From NCBI GenBank assembly GCA_964356815.1, contig CAYHIR010000005.1:1-48513 (forward strand): DNA of 48,513 bases, written 5' to 3'. The position numbers were made by a program, and so were the translations under genes. This DNA is from an uncultured Candidatus Saccharibacteria bacterium. Its GTDB lineage: Bacteria; Patescibacteriota; Minisyncoccia; Phycocordibacterales; DATGWK01. Positions 1 through 7,315 of the stretch are shown in pieces. Numbering within the stretch: position 1 is the stretch's first letter; each line of letters starts with the position of its first letter. A model generated the notes under the pieces. The model had not been told where the DNA came from, did no database searches, and saw only the letters and a program-made list of their open reading frames with translations.

Positions 1-595
1 TGACGACAAGCTCGGCGAAAACTTTGTCGATTGCTGGTTGGACGAGTTTTGCGGGATCTTTGACGATAATTTCAGCCTCAGCCGCTTCGTTGACCAATTT
101 TTCTTTCCAGGTTGGTGCAAAAGAATATAAAAATTCTTGGAGACGATAGTTGGCGACGCCGGGGATTTTAAATTCGGCGATTGCAAAGCCGTTGTCGTCG
201 GCGTCTATTGGGGTGACGAGTTTCTGATCAATTTTTTCGGCGATCGCTTTTGCGGCCGAAGTGTCCGTGGCGCCGGAATTTTTTCCCGCGCAAATTTTCT
301 CACCGTATTCTTTCCACACTAAACCAAATGCGGCGTAAGGAATGCCGTTTGCGCGAGCGCCAGAGCCACCGGGCTGATGATGGTCGAAGCGGCGATTTGA
401 TGGATCGTAGACGTGTCCAACATCCACCACATATCCGCCTTCAGCAGTAGTTTGCGCAATAATTTCTTCGTCGCGGGTGCGGACAATGTTTATTTTATCT
501 AAGCCGCCGAGCAAGTGCGCGAGTGTAGCGACGGCGAATATGTCGTCGGCGTGAAATTGGGCGTTGTGGGCTAAGACTGTTGTGGGTTTATCCAT
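1..595 (-). CDS. MYG1 (UPF0160) family metal-dependent hydrolase/exonuclease; runs off the left edge of the window
   Basis: Not in the ORF track. Read by hand from ATG at 595: MDKPTTVLAHNAQFHADDIFAVATL...VDVGHVYDPSNRRFDHHQ...YAAFGLVWKEYG...PIDADDNG, matching the MYG1 HxDD, DVG, RFDHHQ and GLVW motifs. Overlaps the ATPase 3' end by 25 nt. Confidence 0.85.
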   Translation of the reverse strand, partial: MDKPTTVLAHNAQFHADDIFAVATLAHLLGGLDKINIVRTRDEEIIAQTTAEGGYVVDVGHVYDPSNRRFDHHQPGGSGARANGIPYAAFGLVWKEYGEKICAGKNSGATDTSAAKAIAEKIDQKLVTPIDADDNGFAIAEFKIPGVANYRLQEFLYSFAPTWKEKLVNEAAEAEIIVKDPAKLVQPAIDKVFAELVV

Positions 596-3402
596 GTTTT
601 TGGGTTTAGATTTGTGTTTGAAAATTTTCCTGCAAGATACCGCCGCGTAAAATATTTTCGCACTTCCTCGACTAAAATTATACTGACCGCAATACCGACG
701 ACAACTGAAAGTTCGTAAAACGATAACGGCTTAGTATGCAACAATTTTTGAAGAAATGGTACATAGATGGCGGCGAGTTGGAGGACGACGGCAGACAAGG
801 TGGCAACGATGAGAAAAGGATTACCGAAAGAGTGACGTGAGAAAATCGTCTCGTTTTCCGAGCGCACGTTCCAAGCGTTGAACCATTGAAAAACGGCGAG
901 TGCGGTCATGGCCATCGTGGAAGCTTTTACAAAATCGGCGTGATAGTACGAAGCGAACAAGAAGATACTGCCCACCGCCATCACAATTCCCATGTATGAC
1001 ATGCGGAAGATTGCGAGCCTGTCGAACAGTGTGCGGTGACGAATTTTTTGGCCGCTGCGATTATCGCCGGTAGTACCGCGCGCACTCTGCCCGCGCATTT
1101 TTTCCGTCTCAAGACCGAGGGCAAAAACGAAAAAGCCGTCGGTCACTAAATTAAGCCAAAGAATTTGAGTTGGAAAAAGCGGCAACGGAAATGCGAGTAG
1201 AAGGGCGAAAAGAACAGTAAATAGCTCGCCGAAGCCCGTTGAAAAAAGATAGAGAATGACTTTTTTGATGCTTCGATACATGTTGCGACCTTCATCTATG
1301 GCGGCCACGATGCTTTTGAAATTGTCGTCGAGAAGAACGATGTCGGCCGCTTCTTTGCTCACTTCTGTGCCAATCTTCCCCATCGCCACACCCAAATCGG
1401 CGGCTACTAGTGAGAGCGCGTCGTTCACGCCGTCGCCCGTCATCGCTACGATCTCGCCATTTTTGCGATAGAGATTGATGAGTTGGAGTTTTTCATCTGG
1501 CGAAATGCGCGCAAACACAGACACGCGCGACAAACGCATGAGCAATTCTGTTTCGTTCAACTCGCGCAAATCTTTGTCGGTAAGCACCTCATCGTCATCG
1601 CGAAAAATTCCCGCTTCGCGCGCAATTGTTTCGGCCGTCACTTTATGATCGCCGGTAATCATCACCACTTTGAGCCCACGCTCGCGGGCCGCTTCCACTG
1701 CTTCACGCACACCCTCGCGCAATGTGTCACGCATACCAAAAATGCCCACGAAAGTGGCTTTATTTTCGGCGTTGATTTTTTCTGGTTCAAGTTCGCCTTT
1801 GAAAGCCGGAATTACTGCTGTAGCAATCACCCGCTGACCATTTTTCGACATCGCATGAATCTGTTTTTCAATTTCTGTTTTGCGGGCGATTGTGAGAGTG
1901 AGCGCTGACGATTTCGCCGGCGAAGAATCTGCACCATTCGCCGCAAACCACTGCTTATTACAAAGCGGCAAAATAGCTTCCGGTGCGCCGACGATGGTCA
2001 TAAATTGTTTGCCGCCAACGTTGTGAAGCGTGAGATGATATTTTAATTTCGAATCAAAGGGCAGTTCGGCAATTTGTGGTGAAGCCACTTCGAGCTCATC
2101 TTTTTTTAAACCCGTTTTCTCACCGAAAACTAAAAGTGCTGCTTCTGTCGGATCGCCAGCCACATGCCAAATTTTTTCCTGTTCATTAAAAGCCACACGA
2201 GCCGACGCGCAAAAAGTGGCGATTTTGCCCATGAATGCGATCTCCGCCGTCGAAATCTCCGCACCATCCAGCGAAATCTGCCCTACCGGCTCATAACCAC
2301 TGCCGTCGACTGAGAATTTTTTGCCAGCCACCCAAACCGTCTCCACCATAAGCTCGTTTTTGGTGATCGTGCCAGTTTTGTCGACGGCGATGACAGTTGC
2401 CTGACCAAGCGCCTCCACGGCATCGAGATTTTTTACGAGCGCGTTTTGTTTAGCCATTCTGTACGCACCGCTCGCAAGCACAATTGTAATGACGATCGGC
2501 AAACCTTCAGGAATGAGCGACACAGCGACAGCAACGGCCGTGAAAAACATCGTGCCCGCAGAGTTGCCTTGCAGAAACCCCAGAATAAAAACCAGCGCGC
2601 TCGCCACCAAAGTACCAATCGCCACGAGCCTCGAGAGTTTGCGAATATCTTTTTTGAGCGGAATTTCAGTGTTGAGCGTAACGATCTGTTTGGAAATTGC
2701 ACCAATGACTGTTTTCACGCCAGTAGAAACAACAACCGCCTTAGCAAAACCAGCGGCCACGAAAGTGCCTTTGAAAACCATATTTTTCTGATCGCCGAGC
2801 GCGATGGAGTTGGCGGCGTCATGTGCGCCGCGCGAGCTCGCGCGCGAGATTGTCTCGATAGATTTTGAAACCGGAATAGACTCGCCCGTCAAAGCCGATT
2901 CATCTACCCCAAATGTCCTCACTTCAATGAGCCGCGCATCGGCCGGAATTTTGTCGCCTTCGCGAAGCATTATTATGTCACCCGGTACAATTTCTCCGTC
3001 AGCCAAAGACATTTCTATGCCGTCGCGAATTGCTACCGCTTCGGTTTTTGCAAAAGAACGAAGTGCGAGAAGTGTATTGTGCGCGCGACCTTCCTGATAC
3101 AAACCAATAAATGCGTTTATCAAAAGCACGCCGAGGATGACGAAAGAGTCGGTGAGATCGCCCAAAAAATACACGACGACGCTCGCAATGAGCAAAATAT
3201 AAATGAGAGGACTCGCAAATTGGCGCGAAAATAATTTTAAAACGCTCGGGCTTTCTGGCGCAGGCAATGCATTTGCGCCGAAAGTTTTCAAACGCTTCAC
3301 CGCTTCAATAGAAGACAAACCTTGCTCGGTCGCACTCGTCGCAAGATTTAGATTTTTAAAAATATTGGCAACACTTTCTGCGTACCAGTTGGAATTCGCC
3401 AT
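571..3402 (-). CDS. Cation-transporting P-type ATPase (P2A/Ca2+-like)
   Basis: TGES, PEGLP, DKTGT phosphorylation site, MITGD and TGDGVND motifs; multiple TM segments. Confidence 0.95.
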   Translation of the reverse strand: MANSNWYAESVANIFKNLNLATSATEQGLSSIEAVKRLKTFGANALPAPESPSVLKLFSRQFASPLIYILLIASVVVYFLGDLTDSFVILGVLLINAFIGLYQEGRAHNTLLALRSFAKTEAVAIRDGIEMSLADGEIVPGDIIMLREGDKIPADARLIEVRTFGVDESALTGESIPVSKSIETISRASSRGAHDAANSIALGDQKNMVFKGTFVAAGFAKAVVVSTGVKTVIGAISKQIVTLNTEIPLKKDIRKLSRLVAIGTLVASALVFILGFLQGNSAGTMFFTAVAVAVSLIPEGLPIVITIVLASGAYRMAKQNALVKNLDAVEALGQATVIAVDKTGTITKNELMVETVWVAGKKFSVDGSGYEPVGQISLDGAEISTAEIAFMGKIATFCASARVAFNEQEKIWHVAGDPTEAALLVFGEKTGLKKDELEVASPQIAELPFDSKLKYHLTLHNVGGKQFMTIVGAPEAILPLCNKQWFAANGADSSPAKSSALTLTIARKTEIEKQIHAMSKNGQRVIATAVIPAFKGELEPEKINAENKATFVGIFGMRDTLREGVREAVEAARERGLKVVMITGDHKVTAETIAREAGIFRDDDEVLTDKDLRELNETELLMRLSRVSVFARISPDEKLQLINLYRKNGEIVAMTGDGVNDALSLVAADLGVAMGKIGTEVSKEAADIVLLDDNFKSIVAAIDEGRNMYRSIKKVILYLFSTGFGELFTVLFALLLAFPLPLFPTQILWLNLVTDGFFVFALGLETEKMRGQSARGTTGDNRSGQKIRHRTLFDRLAIFRMSYMGIVMAVGSIFLFASYYHADFVKASTMAMTALAVFQWFNAWNVRSENETIFSRHSFGNPFLIVATLSAVVLQLAAIYVPFLQKLLHTKPLSFYELSVVVGIAVSIILVEEVRKYFTRRYLAGKFSNTNLNPKTWINPQQS

Positions 3403-3404
3403 GA

Positions 3405-3983
3405 TTAGTTAGCGCTAAAATTCGCGCGCTCGGCCGCGCCACTACCCGCGTTTTTCCCGCACCACACAAAAAACAAAATTAGAATGAAAGCTGTGAGCGC
3501 CATCGTCGGGATGGTGATGTAGCCGTATTCCATAATGTAGAGAATTGAACACGTGCCGCCTTCAGCTGTGCACGGCGTGAATGAACGGCCACCGAGCTGG
3601 GTGTATGAATGATAGAGCGAAACAAGCCCGCCGAGCACCGAAAGGCCAACGAGATATCGCATTGTGCTTTTCAAACCCTCGCCGCGATCTTTGTAGTACA
3701 TCGCCAAAGCAATTATGAGAATTTGTGGATAGAGCATGATGCGACCGATCCAACAAAGCACGCACGGCTCGTAGCCGAGCACTTCAGAAAAAAACAGGCT
3801 CCCACCAAGACCAGCGAGCGATACGAGCAAAGCCAACCCGAGCATATGACGACCCAAGAAATTTTTCACCGCCAAAATTGCCGGAATTTTTAGCCAATAA
3901 CCCACGAAAAAAATCACCAACGCAACATGACTAGCGAGAGCCAGAAAAACATTTGTGGAAATTACAATTTGAGAAAGTTGCAT
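3405..3983 (-). CDS. dsbB: Disulfide bond formation protein DsbB/BdbC family
   Basis: EPCVLCWIGRIMLYP motif, second Cys pair (PCTAEGGTCS), several TM helices. Start moved to ATG 3983 (MQLSQ). Confidence 0.8.
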   Translation of the reverse strand: MQLSQIVISTNVFLALASHVALVIFFVGYWLKIPAILAVKNFLGRHMLGLALLVSLAGLGGSLFFSEVLGYEPCVLCWIGRIMLYPQILIIALAMYYKDRGEGLKSTMRYLVGLSVLGGLVSLYHSYTQLGGRSFTPCTAEGGTCSILYIMEYGYITIPTMALTAFILILFFVWCGKNAGSGAAERANFSAN

Positions 3984-4015
3984 AAAATTGGCGGCCACGC
4001 GGCCGCAAAAACCGC

Positions 4016-4408
4016 TTACTGCGCCGAGTGCGCCACCGACAAAGGACAACTCGTCTTATCGGCCAATTCTTGAAGTGTGAAAACTTTCACCTCGCGAGTG
4101 CCGTCGGCAAATTCCCATGTTGGATAACCTTTAATGCCGGCGTCGGCGCAGACCGGAAGCGATGGACCCTGCTGGCCGGGTGGTGAGCACTCTATATAAG
4201 GCAAGAGCTTGGCTGATGCACCAAAAACGGCTTTCTGATCTCTACAGTGCGGACACCACCATGCGCCATAAAACCTTACGCCTTTGTCGGCAATACATTG
4301 CGCTAAAGTGTCGTATTTGCCCGGACCAGACGGCTTGGTGAGAATCCAGATAACGCCACCGAGAATAATAAGTGCGATTAAAATGAAAACGAGGGATTTT
4401 AGTTTCAT
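4016..4408 (-). CDS. Membrane-anchored thioredoxin-fold protein (CPHC), likely DsbA-like partner of DsbB
   Basis: N-terminal hydrophobic anchor, FYGAWWCPHC, YIEC and GYPTW (cis-Pro loop); adjacent to dsbB. Confidence 0.75.
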   Translation of the reverse strand: MKLKSLVFILIALIILGGVIWILTKPSGPGKYDTLAQCIADKGVRFYGAWWCPHCRDQKAVFGASAKLLPYIECSPPGQQGPSLPVCADAGIKGYPTWEFADGTREVKVFTLQELADKTSCPLSVAHSAQ

Positions 4409-4435
4409 TAAAACATTATACCAAATATAAATAAT

Positions 4436-5413
4436 TTAGATAAAACCCAATTCATTTATCAATTTATAAGTATTCCCATGCAATAAAAGACCTTTATAAG
4501 AAGCGATGCTTCCCGGTGACTGGTTTTTACTAATATTTTTTATCATTCTTCGCTCAGTCACTTTCCTGACAATTTTATGATCAGAGAAATGCACCCAGCC
4601 AAGAAAATCAACGCCCGAAGAAAAAGTCTTTACAAAAACTTTATCAGGATGAAGTGATAATTTTAAATTTTTTTCTAAAAATTCAGCGATTTTGGGAATC
4701 ATGTTAAGTAAGTGATTCCGATCTTGGTCGAGAATTACAAAATCGTCGGCGTAACGAATATAATATTTTGCTTTTATTTTATGCTTCATGAACTGATCAA
4801 ATTCATTCATGTAAATATTTACAAAAAGCTGTGATGTGAGATTGCCAAGAGGTAGACCAACACCTGGGCGTGTGGAATAAAAACTTCCAATAATTTCTGA
4901 CAAAAGTTTTAATACATTTTTATCCGAAATATACAGGCCAAGAATTTTTAGAAGAGTTATTTGATCTATTGATGCAAAAAATTTGCGAATATCGCATTTC
5001 AAAACCCAAACAGTTTTTGTGTGATTTTTGGATGCCTCAAAAGCAAAAGATTTGAATCGCGCCATCGCTTTATGCGTGCCTTTATTTAATCGACAAGAAT
5101 AAGAGTCAGGTGCGAATGTTTTATCGAAAAAAGTATAAAGTTTTCTGTAAATAGCGTGATGTAATAATCTATCTCTCACACTTGCCTTGTGAATCTCGTG
5201 AAATTTTGGATCGAAAATGGTAAACGGTTTATAAAAAGAGTGAGTGTATGTTTTTGCAACCAAGTCTCTATGAAGCAACATCATATTGCCCATAAGATTT
5301 CGCCCAAATTCTTGCACATCTTTTCGGTTGCGTTTACCATTTACAAATTCACCCCACGCTTCGAGAAGATTCTCGATGGAGATGATATCCTTATATTTCA
5401 GTTCGAAATGCAT
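4436..5413 (-). CDS. DGR reverse transcriptase
   Basis: GLPLGNLTSQLF (GxxxSQ motif), YIRYADDF catalytic motif, RDRLLHHA, KCDIRKFFASID; 325 aa with no maturase or endonuclease domain; next to TR. Confidence 0.95.
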   Translation of the reverse strand: MHFELKYKDIISIENLLEAWGEFVNGKRNRKDVQEFGRNLMGNMMLLHRDLVAKTYTHSFYKPFTIFDPKFHEIHKASVRDRLLHHAIYRKLYTFFDKTFAPDSYSCRLNKGTHKAMARFKSFAFEASKNHTKTVWVLKCDIRKFFASIDQITLLKILGLYISDKNVLKLLSEIIGSFYSTRPGVGLPLGNLTSQLFVNIYMNEFDQFMKHKIKAKYYIRYADDFVILDQDRNHLLNMIPKIAEFLEKNLKLSLHPDKVFVKTFSSGVDFLGWVHFSDHKIVRKVTERRMIKNISKNQSPGSIASYKGLLLHGNTYKLINELGFI

Positions 5414-5453
5414 TTAGTAAAATATTACAACACAAAAAATAAAACCATGAATA

Positions 5454-5462
5454 CCCCCCCCC
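5454..5462 (+). repeat. C9 homopolymer between ATG 5447 and the avd reading frame
   Basis: ATG AAT A CCCCCCCCC GCAAAATTACTCCCA TTG. There are 25 nt between AAT and the avd-frame TTG, so removing one C restores the frame. Confidence 0.85.
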
Positions 5463-5477
5463 GCAAAATTACTCCCA

Positions 5478-5837
5478 TTGTTGCAAAAAATGAAAGAGGT
5501 TTATTTAATCTGGTATAGCTATTATCAAATTCTACCAAAAACACATCGTCACTCGCTTGGTCAAAAAATCGACACTTTATTTGTAGAAATTATTGAAGCA
5601 ATCGCTGTTGCAAGTTTTTTAAATCGCGAAGAAAAACATCCGTGGGTCCGACTCGCAATCCGCAAATTGGATGCTCTAAAAGTATTGCTCATGGTTCTAT
5701 GGGAAACAAAATCGCTTGATAATAAAAAATATATTGCTTTATCACTAAAAATTGATGAGATTGGTCGAATGCTCGGCGGATGGAATGGACAACTAGTAAA
5801 ACAAAACTCCCCCGCCACAAAGACGGAGGAGAAATGA
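5478..5837 (+). CDS. avd: DGR accessory variability determinant (Avd)-like four-helix-bundle protein
   Basis: About 120 aa, helical; LPKTHRHSLGQKIDTLF and EIGRMLGGW motifs typical of Avd; lies between RT and TR. The native start may be ATG 5447 (see findings). Confidence 0.85.
   Translation: MLQKMKEVYLIWYSYYQILPKTHRHSLGQKIDTLFVEIIEAIAVASFLNREEKHPWVRLAIRKLDALKVLLMVLWETKSLDNKKYIALSLKIDEIGRMLGGWNGQLVKQNSPATKTEEK
5798..5831 (-). terminator. GC-rich hairpin plus U tract 3' of TR, embedded antisense in the avd 3' end
   Basis: Minus strand CUCCUCCGUC-UUUGU-GGCGGGGGAG then UUUUGUUUU: a 10-bp stem with two G-U pairs that would be C-A mismatches on the plus strand. Confidence 0.65.
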
Positions 5838-5842
5838 AATGA

Positions 5843-5980
5843 TTTGCGACGGACAAACACGAAACGGTTGTCAGCATTCCAGACATTGTCAGGGTTGCCG
5901 TTGTTAGCGTTGAGCCACAGCTCATCGTTGTCGTGTTCGATGCTGAACACGTTGAGGTTGCCGTTCGAGTCCGTTATATA
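5843..5980 (-). repeat. DGR template repeat (TR)
   Basis: 138-nt ungapped match to 6372-6509; 20 mismatches, all at TR adenines; 11 AAY codons in the target frame. Confidence 0.95.
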
Positions 5981-6215
5981 TAGAGCGCCATCCATGCCAC
6001 CACCCAGCGTGAAAGCTTTTGGCTGATCTTCTGGGTTGTATCGTATTCGGTATCTTAAATACCCTAGCGCTCCATACCAAGTATTTTCATTTTTTATGAA
6101 GTTCTACATAAGCCCTCCGTCCGAAACCGTAATCGCGGACGCTCTCAGCTTATGGATACTGGATTCGGTAGCGAGAAACCTTGATCTCCCGCGCATTCAC
6201 CTACTACCACTTTTT

Positions 6216-6242
6216 ATTTTATCAAATTATAAAAAATGTAAA
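6216..6242 (-). promoter_or_regulatory. Candidate promoter for the TR RNA
   Basis: TTTACA-N15-TAAAAT with TG-A extended -10, immediately after the target-gene terminator. Confidence 0.4.
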
Positions 6243-6268
6243 AGAAAAACCCCGAGCAATGCCCGAGG
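6241..6268 (-). terminator. Intrinsic terminator of the DGR target gene
   Basis: CCUCGGGC-AUU-GCUCGGGG (8 bp with 2 G-U) followed by UUUUUCUUU. Confidence 0.6.
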
Positions 6269-6293
6269 CTGAAGTTTTTCACTACTTCAAAGT

Positions 6294-6363
6294 GTTGCGA
6301 CAAAATTGTCGCGAACTAAGGACTAAGGTCAAAGGATCCAAAAGATCCGAGTGACAAAGTCCT
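6294..6363. other. Stem-loops immediately downstream of VR/IMH (candidate retrohoming hairpin/cruciform)
   Basis: Nested AGGACT/AGTCCT (6319-6324/6358-6363) enclosing GGATC-CAAAA-GATCC (6334-6348), plus GCGACAA-AA-TTGTCGC (6297-6312). The position matches the hairpin required downstream of IMH in characterised DGRs. Confidence 0.6.
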
Positions 6364-6368
6364 AAGCA

Positions 6369-7163
6369 CTACTTGCGACGGACAAACACGAAACGGTCGT
6401 CAGCATCCCAGACATCGCCAGGGTCGCCGTCGTGAGCGCCGAGCCACAGCTCACCGTCGTCGTGCTCGATGCCGAACACGCTGAGGTCGCCGTGCGAGTC
6501 CGCGATAGACTCCGTGGCAATGATGAGCCACTCACCTTTGGGCTGGTCGGTGTACTGCAGGCGCAGTTGCGGGCCAACCTCGTTGGGACAAAGCTCGAGA
6601 CCAAGTTCCTGTGCCTTTGCACAGATTTGGTCGTACCTAGCTCCGTCCTTGAAGCCGAGTTCGGCCACTGACAGGTTGACCAGGTTGACTTCTTGCTCGG
6701 TCTCGCTCGCGGTAAACGCGGGCTTGCCGAGGATGTCGTTCGCCCAGTCGCCGACTTTCATTCCCGCCGCCTTGATGGCAGTGCGAAAACCTGCGGCATC
6801 CTTGATGCCAGTGCCGAGCTTGAGGGTCTTCCAGACCTTCATCGTCGATGGCATCTTTGGGAATGCCCTGTCGAGCAGACCCTTGAGTTCCAAGAGTCGC
6901 TCATAAAGCATCCCGTGCCACGAAACGTGACCCGTCTGACGTTCGGCGAGAAGCGCAAGCGGTCGCTTGAGGGCTTCCTCGAGTTTATCGAGACTGCCGC
7001 TCTTCGCGTCGTTCTTGGTAGCGAGAGTCGTGGTTGCCACGATGACTTCATCGCGAAGCACCTCTCTCACCCTTTCCTCACCGCCGACCTTCTTGACCAG
7101 GGCATTCAATTCGCCACCAGTCAGGTTGGCTATCGCAAAACGCTCTTTCGTTGCAGTCGTCAT
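6369..7163 (-). CDS. DGR target protein with C-terminal variable region (probable C-type-lectin-fold domain)
   Basis: VR encodes the last ~46 aa ending RFVFVRRK; AAGGAG RBS; no signal peptide or TM segment visible. The CLec fold is inferred from DGR precedent. Confidence 0.9.
   Translation of the reverse strand: MTTATKERFAIANLTGGELNALVKKVGGEERVREVLRDEVIVATTTLATKNDAKSGSLDKLEEALKRPLALLAERQTGHVSWHGMLYERLLELKGLLDRAFPKMPSTMKVWKTLKLGTGIKDAAGFRTAIKAAGMKVGDWANDILGKPAFTASETEQEVNLVNLSVAELGFKDGARYDQICAKAQELGLELCPNEVGPQLRLQYTDQPKGEWLIIATESIADSHGDLSVFGIEHDDGELWLGAHDGDPGDVWDADDRFVFVRRK
6372..6509 (-). repeat. DGR variable repeat (VR)
   Basis: Differs from TR by 16 A>G and 4 A>C; ends at the target stop codon after the A-free run CGTTTCGTGTTTGTCCGTCGC shared with TR. 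Confidence 0.95.
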
Positions 7164-7230
7164 GGGAGTCTCCTTGGGCTCATTTGCCCATTTTCTGATT
7201 TCCTCTCATCCGAGGCGGAGCAATGACCGA

Positions 7231-7284
7231 AGTAGTCATAGCCAGAAAACACTGAAAAATCAGGGTCTTTTGGCTATGACTACT
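7231..7284. promoter_or_regulatory. Long hairpin in the 5' leader of the DGR target gene
   Basis: Perfect 14-bp inverted repeat AGTAGTCATAGCCA / TGGCTATGACTACT with an inner CTGA-AAAA-TCAG cap. Confidence 0.7.
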
Positions 7285-7315
7285 CGCAAGTAGTTTCAAT
7301 GTTCTATCTTTTTGT

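Larger units (their letters stand above)
5798..6210 (-). ncRNA. Predicted DGR template RNA (structured 5' leader + TR + 3' hairpin), about 410 nt
   Basis: Bounded by a TGnTAAAAT promoter (6216-6224) and the 5798-5831 hairpin, with several internal stems. Ends are inferred. Confidence 0.5.

Noticed and set aside
137-450. Two short plus-strand ORFs at the window start
   Set aside because: Shadows of the minus-strand MYG1-family gene, which the ORF track missed because it runs off the edge.
4436-5413. RT as group II intron, retron or CRISPR-associated RT
   Set aside because: There is no maturase or endonuclease extension, no cas genes and no msr/msd. The adjacent TR/VR and Avd explain it as a DGR RT.
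5561-5995. 144-aa minus-strand ORF spanning TR and antisense avd
   Set aside because: TRs are naturally open in the target frame and the rest is the antisense shadow of avd. A predicted terminator hairpin lies inside it and there is no RBS.
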